The notes beneath the pieces are model-generated. The model was not told the DNA's origin. It made no database searches and worked only from the letters and a program-made list of their open reading frames with translations. From Rhizobium sp. Q54 (lineage in GTDB: Bacteria > Pseudomonadota > Alphaproteobacteria > Azospirillales > Azospirillaceae), in NCBI GenBank assembly GCA_943369495.1, contig CALRNG020000001.1, positions 200-64,199 of the forward strand: a stretch of 64,000 bases of DNA. The letters run 5' to 3'. Both the position numbers and the translations under genes were made by a program. Shown here one piece after another: positions 1 through 9,800 of this stretch (positions are counted from its first letter, which is position 1; each line of letters opens with the position of its first letter).

Positions 1-26
1 ATAATGTAGCGCCTACCAACAGCGAT

Positions 27-1127
27 TTATCCTGATCTGTTGGCAGCCGGTCGCAACGACCGGATCAGACGGTTCAGGGCGGCGTGGCGCAGACTATATA
101 GCAGCCGCAGGGCCCGCCATCCCTCGTAAAGCCCTATATCGGCGTGGGCAAGTTGCAGGGCGCCCAGATGACGTGCCGCTTCCTGGTCTGTACTGGGAGG
201 CTGTGCCCACAGAGCGAGGGTTACCGCTTCTGCCCGACGCAGGGCCGACAGGACCCCGCCCTGCGTCGGTAATGGCAGCGGGGGGGCGATCCCCATCAGG
301 CGCTTGGCCAGCCATAGGGCCAGCCACAGATGTCTTTCGCAGCCCACTTGGCGCGCAATATCCATCGCTTCCCGCCAGTCGATAACCGGGCGATGGATTG
401 CCGCTGCGGCCAGATCAGCCAGCCAGTAAAGCCGGGACCAGCGATGGCGCCCCGCATGCCAGGCCGCATAGGCAATCGTCGCAGCTGGTGACAAGGTGGG
501 GACACCCTGCCCCGCCACCATGACGGTCACAGCATGGGAGAATGGATCGAAGTCAGCTGCGGCAAAAGCGATGTCGGGATTGGAAAGGCGCATGTGCAGC
601 TCTACCGGGGGACCACCATCCCGGTGGGCCAGCAGCAAGGCGTTGACATGGGCATGTATGGTGTCCGGTCCCGTGCCATAGCCGATATCCCGCAGCAGAC
701 CGATGGCCCGATCCTTCTGCGCGGGCCTGATAAGCAGGTCGATATCGCGGCACGACCGTGCATGCAGGTTTCCGAACAGCAATATCGACTGTGGCATTCC
801 TTTCAGGACCAGCAGGTCAATGCTGGCTTCCTGGAACCGTTCAGCGATCATCCGCAGCCGGCTGCCCAGCAGCAGCGTTTCCTGGGCCGCTCTGGTGCGC
901 AGGTCCTTCAGCTGGGTCTGGATTGCGGGTGAAAAGCCCTGGATACCGGCCAGATATGGAAGCAGGCGATGATGCCGGACCAGGGGCGCAACTTCAGTCC
1001 AGTCAAGGCCCGAAGCGCGAGGGGGAGAGCCGTCCGTCAGCCGGGCCGTCACAAGGTCGAGCAAGAACCGCATGACGGGGGAAAGAGGGCCAGTCGTCTG
1101 ATCATGGCCATGGGATAGCCCCGTCAT
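27..1127 (-). CDS. Nucleotidyltransferase family protein (NTP_transf_5-like; type found with lasso peptide clusters)
   Basis: 366-aa ORF with 'LLVLKGMPQS...ARSCRDIDLLI' (KG...R..xDxD pol-beta NTase motif), 'VELHMRL' and 'HAGRHRWSRLYWLADL'. Confidence 0.8.
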   Translation of the reverse strand: MTGLSHGHDQTTGPLSPVMRFLLDLVTARLTDGSPPRASGLDWTEVAPLVRHHRLLPYLAGIQGFSPAIQTQLKDLRTRAAQETLLLGSRLRMIAERFQEASIDLLVLKGMPQSILLFGNLHARSCRDIDLLIRPAQKDRAIGLLRDIGYGTGPDTIHAHVNALLLAHRDGGPPVELHMRLSNPDIAFAAADFDPFSHAVTVMVAGQGVPTLSPAATIAYAAWHAGRHRWSRLYWLADLAAAAIHRPVIDWREAMDIARQVGCERHLWLALWLAKRLMGIAPPLPLPTQGGVLSALRRAEAVTLALWAQPPSTDQEAARHLGALQLAHADIGLYEGWRALRLLYSLRHAALNRLIRSLRPAANRSG

Positions 1128-1175
1128 GGAACGCCATCCGGCATTTCCGGCAGGCGGCGGCGGGTGATGCAGATA

Positions 1176-1556
1176 TCAGCCACGGCCCGTATCGTCCCGA
1201 CCAGCCCGCTCCCGCTCCAGCGCCGCCACGGCATGTTCCAGCACCTCGCCCAGGACCCACCCCTCCCGGTCGGCAATGGCCAGGAAGCTGTCGATCGTCT
1301 CCTGACGCGCCCGGATGTTGAACTGCACATTGCGACCGGTGCGGTGTCGGCGCTGTTCGCGCCGCGCGGATGGTGGCGGGACGGCGGGCGCTGGAATGGG
1401 CTTTGCCTCCCGGCTGGGGAAGCGGGCGGCTTCCGACACGGCGCGGATAGCATCGGCGGGCGGGGCCTGGATATCGCGGGCGGCCTTGGGCGCGAAGCCG
1501 GACAGGTCCAGCCCCTCCTCCCCTTCCCCGAAAATGCTGGCGCGGGACTTGGTCAT
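1176..1556 (-). CDS. Small plasmid partition/stability protein, putative ribbon-helix-helix ParA partner
   Basis: Directly downstream of parA; C-terminal 'RRHRTGRNVQFNIRARQETIDSFLAIADREGWVLGEVLEHAVAAL' is RHH-like. Start MTKSRAS chosen. Confidence 0.75.
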   Translation of the reverse strand: MTKSRASIFGEGEEGLDLSGFAPKAARDIQAPPADAIRAVSEAARFPSREAKPIPAPAVPPPSARREQRRHRTGRNVQFNIRARQETIDSFLAIADREGWVLGEVLEHAVAALERERAGRDDTGRG

Positions 1557-1579
1557 GCTTGTCGCTCCCTCGGTCATGC

Positions 1580-2263
1580 TCAGGCCACGGACGCCTTCAT
1601 GCCACCCTTCAGGACCGCCACCACCTCACCCGCGAAGGCCAGGGCATTGGCGATGGCGGCTTTGATATTGGTGACCTGGGACGGGTCCAGATCGGCCAGC
1701 GTGCCGCCAAAGGCGAAGATGGCCCGGAAGGCGTCGCGCTCATGCAGTTGCGTCTCGAAGACGGGCACGTCATTTTCCGCGAATTCTGCGGCGATGCTTT
1801 GCAGAGAGCGCGGGCGGATGGCGGCACTGGTGCGGGTGAACAGCACCGCGAAGGGGATGTCGCGGCGGAAGGCGCGTTCCTGACTGCGCACCAGCCGGAT
1901 GGCCTTTACCGCTTCACCGGCATCCAGCTGCGATCCCTGGCTGGGGATCACCACCAGGTCCGCCCGGCTCATGGCGTAACCGACCATCATGGAGGCCGTA
2001 CCCTCCAGATCGACAATGACGAAGGCTGTCTTCTGTGCCGCCTCGTCAATGGCGTCGGTCACCGTCTCTTCCGTCACATCGGCCAACACGGTGAGGTTCG
2101 CGGGCTTGCCCGGCAGCCGGGCCCAGCGCGAAACCGGCTTGTTCGGGTCGGCATCGATGATGGTGACACTGGCCCCCTGCCCGGCCAGGGCCGTGGCCAG
2201 CAGAACCGCGGAAGTGGATTTGCCGGCCCCACCCTTGGGGCTGGCGAAAACGATGGTAGGCAT
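1580..2263 (-). CDS. parA: ParA family partition ATPase (short type, no N-terminal HTH)
   Basis: Deviant Walker A '[10 protein letters not shown]', 'IIDADPN', Walker B 'VIVDLEG'; 227 aa. Confidence 0.93.
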   Translation of the reverse strand: MPTIVFASPKGGAGKSTSAVLLATALAGQGASVTIIDADPNKPVSRWARLPGKPANLTVLADVTEETVTDAIDEAAQKTAFVIVDLEGTASMMVGYAMSRADLVVIPSQGSQLDAGEAVKAIRLVRSQERAFRRDIPFAVLFTRTSAAIRPRSLQSIAAEFAENDVPVFETQLHERDAFRAIFAFGGTLADLDPSQVTNIKAAIANALAFAGEVVAVLKGGMKASVA

Positions 2264-2300
2264 AGCGGCGAACCCGATGCGTTCAATCTGCGATCAAAGT

Positions 2301-2387
2301 GATAGCATGTTGGTATCTGTCAGAAATATAGTAATCAAAGTGCTATCTAATAGCTATATGATATCACATAGATAACTCATGGTTATC
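2301..2387. promoter_or_regulatory. parS-like centromere/operator array upstream of parA
   Basis: GATATC-like hexamers at 2301, 2312, 2331, 2342, 2353, 2360, 2371 and 2382, mostly 11 bp apart, in an AT-rich stretch. Confidence 0.65.
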
Positions 2388-2405
2388 ATATAAAGAGCGA
2401 TGCGG

Positions 2406-3293
2406 CTACCAGGGCAGACTACGATAGAAGCGCTGCACCACCCTCAGCCGTTCGTCGAAATCGGGCAACTCACCGACCTCCTGTTCCAGTGTATGCCAAT
2501 CGGCCCTGGCACGACGGATCAGGTCGGGGTCCTCAAGGGAGTTGACGGTCGCTGTGATATTCCGTGCCTGACTTTTGTCATGCAGCGTGGTCAGGATCAG
2601 TTGCCGTTCCGCGGCATCCAGGTGGAACTGCTCGACCAGATGGGCCAGATCATAGATATCCTGACGCCGCCCGCGATTACGCTGTGTCTGCTGCAGGAAT
2701 GCGCGCAGTTTTTCTGCGATCAGTTCAGTGAGGGCGTAGGCGTTGACGGTCGGCCCATCCAGGCTGAGCCGGATCGGTTCCACGGCATGCATCGGCTCAT
2801 TGAAACTGATCTCGACCGTGACTGTGTCGGGAGATGCCCCCGTTTCCAGATGGCGGGCCGCCGAATGTCCACGGCGGGCATAGGCGATGCCAACTACCAA
2901 GGCCGGAAAGGACAGTTTGCGTGGGCCTGCGAATGCGTAGGGCCGCTCTTTCACCGTCTGAACCCGCAGCAGCATGTCGGGATAACCCAGCCGCGCGGTC
3001 ACCAGTGGGAAAGCCCTATACAGCCCGCTCCGCAGTCTTTCCCCGAAGCCTGGATCGGGTGGCAGGTCGGTCGTGAAATCAAGATCGCCCGTATTGCGCG
3101 GGCTGCTATAGACAACAGCCATCAGGATGCCGCCCTTCAGGAAAAAATGGCCGCCGAAGCCGGGCAGTGTGCCAATCGCCGACAGAACGATTTCTGTCGC
3201 CTGACGTTCGGTATAGGCGTGCGGGTCCTGCCGTGCCCGTTCGATCCAGGCGCTGATATCGACGGTGCGGGCCGGGATCGGGTGGTCAGACAT
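2406..3293 (-). CDS. AbiEii/AbiGii-family nucleotidyltransferase toxin (type IV TA)
   Basis: 'FFLKGG', 'SPRNTGDLDF', 'IAEKLRA', 'RRQDIYDL'; start overlaps the antitoxin stop (ATGTCTGA). Confidence 0.85.
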   Translation of the reverse strand: MSDHPIPARTVDISAWIERARQDPHAYTERQATEIVLSAIGTLPGFGGHFFLKGGILMAVVYSSPRNTGDLDFTTDLPPDPGFGERLRSGLYRAFPLVTARLGYPDMLLRVQTVKERPYAFAGPRKLSFPALVVGIAYARRGHSAARHLETGASPDTVTVEISFNEPMHAVEPIRLSLDGPTVNAYALTELIAEKLRAFLQQTQRNRGRRQDIYDLAHLVEQFHLDAAERQLILTTLHDKSQARNITATVNSLEDPDLIRRARADWHTLEQEVGELPDFDERLRVVQRFYRSLPW

Positions 3294-4212
3294 TGATAGA
3301 AAGCATCCACTTTTCTGAATAGGTGGGGGCAAAGGGCTGTGATGGATCCAGCACGCGCGATCCGCCGCGCTGTGCATGCGCCAGCCAACCCTGGATGCGC
3401 GCGTCCCCCGTCAAACCCAGCGCCTCGTCCAGCAGATAACCGGCCCGTACCTTGGTTATGGGGGAGCCATCGGCCTCAATCACCCGGATGATTTCCGGCA
3501 GATAGGTGGGGGCGTGGTCACGCCAGACATCGCGGACATGCGCCATGCCGCCGCACAGGTCCGGACGGTCCAGCATGTCATGGAAGGTTTGGCCGATGGT
3601 GGCCAGCCGGGTGGCTGTGCCGCGAACAGTCAGCCAAGCGCCGGGATGGGCTGTCTTCGTCACCTCCACGGCCCGACCGCGTAATTTTGCGGGGGGCACC
3701 ATGTTTACCAACCGCACCCCGGCTTCAACGGGCAACCGATCAAAGGGCGGGGGGAAATCCATCCCCATTTGTTCCATCGCCATCCGGCGCGCCACTGCAT
3801 CCGCCGGCAAGGTCAGATGCAGTGCCACGGGGTGCCTGTCGCTTAACCCCCAGCGTTGCATGGCGGACAGGTGCGAGACATAGCCGAACGGGGTGACCAG
3901 CGCGAAAGCCTCTTCCGCAGTGGCATCGCCCATGGAAAGCACGCGATAGACATTCCGGCCATAATCCGGGTCGGAAATCAGTCCCCTGGTCGCGATCAGA
4001 TTGCCGATCACTCTTTGCACATGGACTTTCCCAAGCGGCTCCTTACGGAACAGCTTATGGCCAGCCGTATCCTGATAGATACGCAGCAGACCCTTCAGAA
4101 TGCCGTAACGGGTGACAAGCGCCTGCTGTGGGGCGACAACTGTTTCCAGGAGGGAAGTCGCCAGTCTTGTGCGTTTGATCGCGCGGATGGGGCTTGAGAG
4201 GCGTTCTGCCAT
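3286..4212 (-). CDS. AbiEi-family antitoxin (type IV TA)
   Basis: 'PFGYVSHLSAMQRWGL', 'TFHDMLDRPDLCGG', 'YSEKWMLSIN'; lies upstream of the AbiEii-like gene. Confidence 0.82.
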   Translation of the reverse strand: MAERLSSPIRAIKRTRLATSLLETVVAPQQALVTRYGILKGLLRIYQDTAGHKLFRKEPLGKVHVQRVIGNLIATRGLISDPDYGRNVYRVLSMGDATAEEAFALVTPFGYVSHLSAMQRWGLSDRHPVALHLTLPADAVARRMAMEQMGMDFPPPFDRLPVEAGVRLVNMVPPAKLRGRAVEVTKTAHPGAWLTVRGTATRLATIGQTFHDMLDRPDLCGGMAHVRDVWRDHAPTYLPEIIRVIEADGSPITKVRAGYLLDEALGLTGDARIQGWLAHAQRGGSRVLDPSQPFAPTYSEKWMLSINV

Positions 4213-4226
4213 AGGCGGTCCCGTTA

Positions 4227-4273
4227 TGTATACCTGATATATATGTCCTTAGGACATATATATCAGGTATACA
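4227..4273. promoter_or_regulatory. Perfect 23-bp inverted repeat, probable abiE operator
   Basis: TGTATACCTGATATATATGTCCT-T-AGGACATATATATCAGGTATACA, just upstream of the antitoxin start (4212). Confidence 0.8.
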
Positions 4274-4434
4274 GCTTTAAGCTATTTTAGCTGTTCTGGA
4301 CTGATTGTCAAGCCGGTCGGGCGATCCGCTACCCCTTCAGCTCCGCACCTGTTTGCTTGCCCAGCAGGACCTGCTGAGTGGCCTTCTCCTCCTTGCTTCC
4401 TGCCAGTTGAGGAAGCTCAGTTTAGAAGCAGATA

Positions 4435-4458
4435 GCTATCATGTAGATATCTGATATC
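4435..4458 (+). repeat. 24-bp parS-like motif copy
   Basis: GCTATC-ATGTA-GATATC-T-GATATC, same architecture as 2342-2365. Confidence 0.6.
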
Positions 4459-4461
4459 ACA

Positions 4462-5451
4462 TCACCCTTCAGCCACACCGCGATACGTCTTGAACCAGTC
4501 GATGAAGCGCGGAATGCCGTCATCCAGGCTGGTACGGGGCTGGTAGCCCAGGTCGTGGGTACTGGCGTCGATATCGGCGCAGGTGGCGGCGACGTCGCCC
4601 GGCTGGATCGGTTCCAGCACCATCTCGGCCTTGCGGCCCAGGGCCTGTTCAATCAGGCCGATGAAGCGCAGCAGCGGTTCGGGGCGGTGGTTGCCCAGAT
4701 TATAGACCCGGTGAGGCACCACATCCTGCCCAGGCGTGGCCGGGCGGTCCAGGGCAGCCAGCACGCCCGCCACGATGTCATCGACAAAGGTGAAGTCGCG
4801 GGCCATGTCGCCATGGTTGAACACCCGGATGGGCCTGCCTTCCAGAATGGCTTCGGCAAACAGCATCGGCGCCATGTCGGGCCGGCCCCAAGGTCCATAG
4901 ACCGTAAAGAAACGCAGGCCCGTGGCTGGCAGCCCGTAGAGATGGCTGTAGGTGCGGGTGATCAGTTCATCGGCGCGCTTGGTGGCGGCATAGAGCGAGA
5001 CGGGCCGGTCGACGCGGTGGTCGATGGAGAAGGGGATATCCTGATTGGCGCCATAGACGGAAGACGAGCTGGCATAGACGAAATGCTGCAGGCCCGGCAG
5101 CAGGCGCGCCGCCTCCAGCATCACCACCTGCCCCATCAGGTTGGTCTGGATATAGGTGTAGGGGTCGATCAGCGAATGCCGCACCCCGGCCTGAGCTGCC
5201 AGATGGATGATGCCGGTGATATCCGGATGTGCTTGAACCAGGGCCGTCATGGCGTCGCGGTCGGCGATGTCGGTATTCTGGAAGCGGAAGCCGGAACGGG
5301 GGGTGAGAAGGTCCAGCCGCGCCTGTTTCAGGCGGATATCGTAATAGGGGGAGAAATTATCCACCCCCAGCACCTGCTCCCCCCGGTCCAGCAGCGCCCG
5401 GCAGGTATGGTATCCGATGAAGCCGGCAGCGCCGGTGACCAGGATCGGCAT
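4462..5451 (-). CDS. UDP-glucuronate 4-epimerase (extended SDR)
   Basis: 'ILVTGAAGFIG', 'HLAAQAGVR', 'YASSSSVYG', 'YAATK', 'RFFTVYGPWGRPDMA'. Confidence 0.92.
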   Translation of the reverse strand: MPILVTGAAGFIGYHTCRALLDRGEQVLGVDNFSPYYDIRLKQARLDLLTPRSGFRFQNTDIADRDAMTALVQAHPDITGIIHLAAQAGVRHSLIDPYTYIQTNLMGQVVMLEAARLLPGLQHFVYASSSSVYGANQDIPFSIDHRVDRPVSLYAATKRADELITRTYSHLYGLPATGLRFFTVYGPWGRPDMAPMLFAEAILEGRPIRVFNHGDMARDFTFVDDIVAGVLAALDRPATPGQDVVPHRVYNLGNHRPEPLLRFIGLIEQALGRKAEMVLEPIQPGDVAATCADIDASTHDLGYQPRTSLDDGIPRFIDWFKTYRGVAEG

Positions 5452-5534
5452 GACATGTCCTTACATCGCCAGGTGCGTTGGAAAGGTGGCTATGAGCGAT
5501 CCGGCGGGGGATGGCAAGGGGTTGGCATTAAGAT

Positions 5535-5558
5535 GATATCAGATAGCTTTCAGATATC
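5535..5558 (-). repeat. 24-bp parS-like motif copy (inverted)
   Basis: Reverse complement reads GATATC-TGAAA-GCTATC-T-GATATC. Confidence 0.6.
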
Positions 5559-5651
5559 ATCCTGTTAGGCAGGATCAGGCCGATGGCGACCGCCCTTTCC
5601 AGGACAGGAGCGGAGGGGGCATAGTGGCACCACAAACGCCAGGGATTGGAA

Positions 5652-6644
5652 ATGGACACGGTACTTGTCACAGGCGGTGCGGGCTATATCGGCAGTCATG
5701 CCGTCCTGGCCTTGCGGGCGGCGGGGCGCGCGGTCGTGGTTCTGGATGACCTTTCCACGGGCGCCCGGGGGCTGGTGCCCGCCGATGTGCCGCTGATCCT
5801 GGGCGATGTCGCCGATGCTGACCGGGTGGGCAGCCTGCTGCGCGATCACCGTGTCGGCACCATCATGCATTTCGCCGGCTCCATCATCGTGCCGGAATCG
5901 GTGGCCGATCCGCTGAAATATTACCGGAACAATACCGCCGCCAGCCGCAGCCTGATCGAGGCCTGTGTGAGGGCGGGGGTGGGGCGCTTCATCTTTTCTT
6001 CCACGGCCGCCGTCTATGGCAATCCGCCCACCCGGATGGTGACGGAACAGACCCCGGCTGCCCCCGTCAGCCCCTATGGCTGGTCAAAGCTGATGACGGA
6101 GCAGATGCTGGCCGATGTGGCGGCAGCGCATCCGGGCTTCCGCTCCATCGCGCTGCGCTATTTCAACGTGGCGGGCGCCGATCCGCACGGGCGGGCGGGG
6201 CAGGTGACACCCAACGCCACCCATCTGATCAAGCTGGCCTGCGAGACGGCCCTGGGACGGCGCGACGCGCTGAACATCTTCGGCACCGATTATCCCACCC
6301 CGGACGGGACCTGCGTGCGCGACTATATCCATGTCAGCGATCTGGCCGACGCGCATGTCTGCGCCCTAGAGCATCTGGAAAGGGGCGGGGACAGCCTGGT
6401 GCTGAATTGCGGTTATGGGCGCGGCTATTCCGTGCGTCAGGTGGCGACGGCCATGGAGCGCGCCGCAGGCCTGCCCCTGCCGCAGGTGGAGGCCCCACGC
6501 CGCACCGGCGATCCGGTCGAGCTGGTGGCCGACAGTACCCGGCTGCGCGACCTGCTGGACTGGCGGCCCCGTCTGGACGACCTGGACCTGATCGTGCGGC
6601 ACGCGCTGGAATGGGAGCGGGGGCGGGCCGGTGCCCAGGAATAG
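5652..6644 (+). CDS. galE: UDP-glucose 4-epimerase
   Basis: 'VLVTGGAGYIGSH', 'FSSTAAVYG', 'YGWSK', 'LRYFNVAGADP', 'TPDGTCVRDYIHV'. Confidence 0.95.
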   Translation: MDTVLVTGGAGYIGSHAVLALRAAGRAVVVLDDLSTGARGLVPADVPLILGDVADADRVGSLLRDHRVGTIMHFAGSIIVPESVADPLKYYRNNTAASRSLIEACVRAGVGRFIFSSTAAVYGNPPTRMVTEQTPAAPVSPYGWSKLMTEQMLADVAAAHPGFRSIALRYFNVAGADPHGRAGQVTPNATHLIKLACETALGRRDALNIFGTDYPTPDGTCVRDYIHVSDLADAHVCALEHLERGGDSLVLNCGYGRGYSVRQVATAMERAAGLPLPQVEAPRRTGDPVELVADSTRLRDLLDWRPRLDDLDLIVRHALEWERGRAGAQE

Positions 6645-6896
6645 GCCCTGAAGCGAAATTCAGGAGTTAGCGAGCATATATGCATACCTATTATTAGAAT
6701 TGCTTAGGTGGCATTGATGTGGATTCTTTAAAATTAATGTAATATCGTAATGTGTAAATATGAAATCATGACAAAGAATGTATGAATACAAATGAAGTCA
6801 TGAAGAGGATATTTAAATATAACAGTCGCATTGGTCATTGAATTTGTAGTAATTAACAATTACCCTCCTGGCCGTGGGAAAGCCAAGGGGGTGATT

Positions 6897-9800
6897 GTGT
6901 CAAATTTTTTCAATATTTCTAACGAATCCGTTATCAATTCTTATACGAATTCCGATCAGTATCAGCCCGCCACGGCGCGCTGGGGAGGCAGCCCGAACGG
7001 GCGTGTCACCGTCTGGGCCTCCAACGGCCAGGATGGCAGCGGCTTCGGCATCTATGGTCAGCGCCTGGATGAGAATGGCAACAAGGTCGGGGCTGAATTC
7101 CGCGTCAACAGCACCACCGCCAATGCCCAGGAGACCCCTGCCGTCACGGAAATGGCCGATGGCGGTTTCATGGTGTTCTGGACGGGTCTGCGCACGGCGA
7201 CCACCACCACCTGGCGCACCTATGGTCAGCGCTATGACGCCAATGGTAACAAGGTCGGGGCGGAGATCGCCCTGTCGGTGCCGGGCGATTCAGCCGTGCG
7301 CAGTTACCCCTCTGCGACTCTGCTGAGCGACGGCAAGGTAGCTGTCGCCTATGGCTACACAGCTGGAAGCGCAAGCGACATCTTCGTGCAGCTTTATGAC
7401 AGCAGCGGCGCCGCTGTGGGTGGTCGCCGGTCGGTGGCCCTGCCCAAGGTGAATGCCGCTGCCATCACCGACATCCCGGCCATCACGGCCTTGAACGGCG
7501 GCGGCTTCGTCGTGGCCTGGGGCGAGGATTACGGCACCAACGGTTATGAGGTGAAAGCCCAACGCTTCGACAATGCCGGCAGCAAGCAAGGCGGAAGCTT
7601 CTATGTCCAGTCGGCGGTACGCGCGCTGGATCAACGCGTCCCTAATATGGCGGGCCTGGAGGATGGCGGCTTCGTTGCGGTCTGGGCCGATCAAGCGGCC
7701 GAGCGTGATGGTGATTTCTACACCGTGCGCCTGCAGCGCTTCGATGCCGGTGGCACCAAGGTCGGCGGCGAGGTCCGGGTCAACAGCTATACCTACAATC
7801 ACCAGACCTCGCCCGACGTAATCGGGCTGAAAGACGGCGGATATCTGGTCATCTGGCCGTCCATGGGGCAGGACGGGGATCAGTACGGTATTTATGGGCA
7901 GCGTTATCGCGCTGATGGCACTGCTGCAGGCAACGAGTTCCGGCTGTCCCAGACCAGCGTGGGCAGCCAGACCCAGGTCGATCTGTCCCTGTCCGCCGAT
8001 GGCGATGTCATCGCCACCTGGGGTTCCACCGGCGGCGAGGATGGCAGCGGCTATGCCGTCATCTCCCGCACCTTGTCGATCAGCAATGATGCGCCCGTCA
8101 TCGATGGTCGTGAAATCCATGTGGCGCAGGGCGGCCAGAGCTTCGCCGCTGCCTTGCTGCTGCCCGGCCATCCGCAGGGGCTGACGGCGGCCACGCATCT
8201 GCAGGTGCTGGACCGGTACGAGTTCATCGATAACAGCAGCGATCCTGGCAGCGGCTATTTCGTGCTGAACGGCGCGGTACAGGCGGCGGGGACCGTGATC
8301 AACATCGCCGCCGCCGATCTGAACAAGCTGAAATTCGTGGGGGGCAGTGCAGCCGGCACCGACAATATCAGTGTACGCGCCTTCGATGGTACCAACTGGA
8401 GCGCCTGGGAAAATGCGACAGCGGTGACGGAGGCCAGGGCGGCCGCCTTTGTCCGTGGCGACGAGGTGCCCGTCAACACCTATACCAGCAGCAACCAGGA
8501 ACAGCCCACGCTGGCGGTTATGGCCGATGGCGGCTTTGTCATCACCTGGATGTCCAACGGCCAGGATGGCAGCCAGTACGGCATCTATGCGCAGCGCTTC
8601 AACGCAGCCGGCCAGAAGATCGGAGACGAGTTCAAGGTCAACAGCCTGACTGCCGCTACCCAGCTCTATCCTGTTGCTGCCGCCCTGCCCGATGGCGGAT
8701 TCACGATCCTGTGGGTGACGACCACGGGGGCGGGAACCGCCAATTACGGCGTGCATGGGCAGCGCTATGATGCCAGCGGCGTGGCGGTCGGCGGTGAATA
8801 TACGGTCTTCGATACAAGCGCCGTCTCCACCTATTACACCATGCCAAGGGTGACGGTTCTGCAGGATGGAACCATCAAGGTCGCCTATGCCTATAATCCG
8901 AACAGCGCCGCCGCTTCCGACATCCGGGTCTATACGGTTGACAGCGATCTGGCGCGACCGGGAACAACCGTGGCCGGCGTCTCCACCCCAAAATATACGA
9001 GCGGTGCCGCCCAGATGGCGGGCGACATCATCACGCTCACCAATGGCCGCTATGTCCTGACCTGGGCGGAATATGACAGCGCCAGCGCCAACGCACACGA
9101 GGTGCGCGGTCGCGTCTATAATGCCGACGGCACAGCCGTCAGCGCCCCGTTCCTGGTCAATACATCCGTCGCCTACACCCAGCGCAATTCCGATATCGCG
9201 GCCACCCCGGATGGCGGCTTCGTGGTCGTTTTCGGCAGTGCTGGCGCGGAACCCAGTGGCGATGGCGATGCCAATATCCTGATCCAGCGCTTCGACGAAA
9301 ATGGCACCAAGGTCGGTGCAGCTGTCCGGGTGAACAGCTTTGCCTGGGGCAATCAGGAATATCCTCAGATCGTCGCCCTGACGGGTGGCGGCTACATGGT
9401 TTCCTGGATGTCGGAGAACCAGGACGGCGCGGCCGGTGGAATCTTTGCCCAGCGTCTGGACGCCAACCTGCGCCCCCTGGGGCCTGAGTTCCAGGTGAAC
9501 AATGATGGGGCAGGGGATCAGAACCGGGTCGAGATGGCGGCTTTGCCGAATGGCGGCGTGGTTTTCACCTGGTCGGCGACCAATGTGGATGGCAGCGGCT
9601 ATGGCATCGTCAGCAAGGTCTACAACCCGTCCAATGCGGCCCCCGTCATTGATGCCCGCGATATCCTGCTAGGCGTGGGCAAGGAATGGTCAGCCGGCGC
9701 GCTGGTCCATCATGTCCAGCCGCAGGGGGCGGGCCACATGCCTGCCGCCCTGACCCAGTATGAATTCATCGATACCAACGCCACCGCCGGCAGCGGCCAT

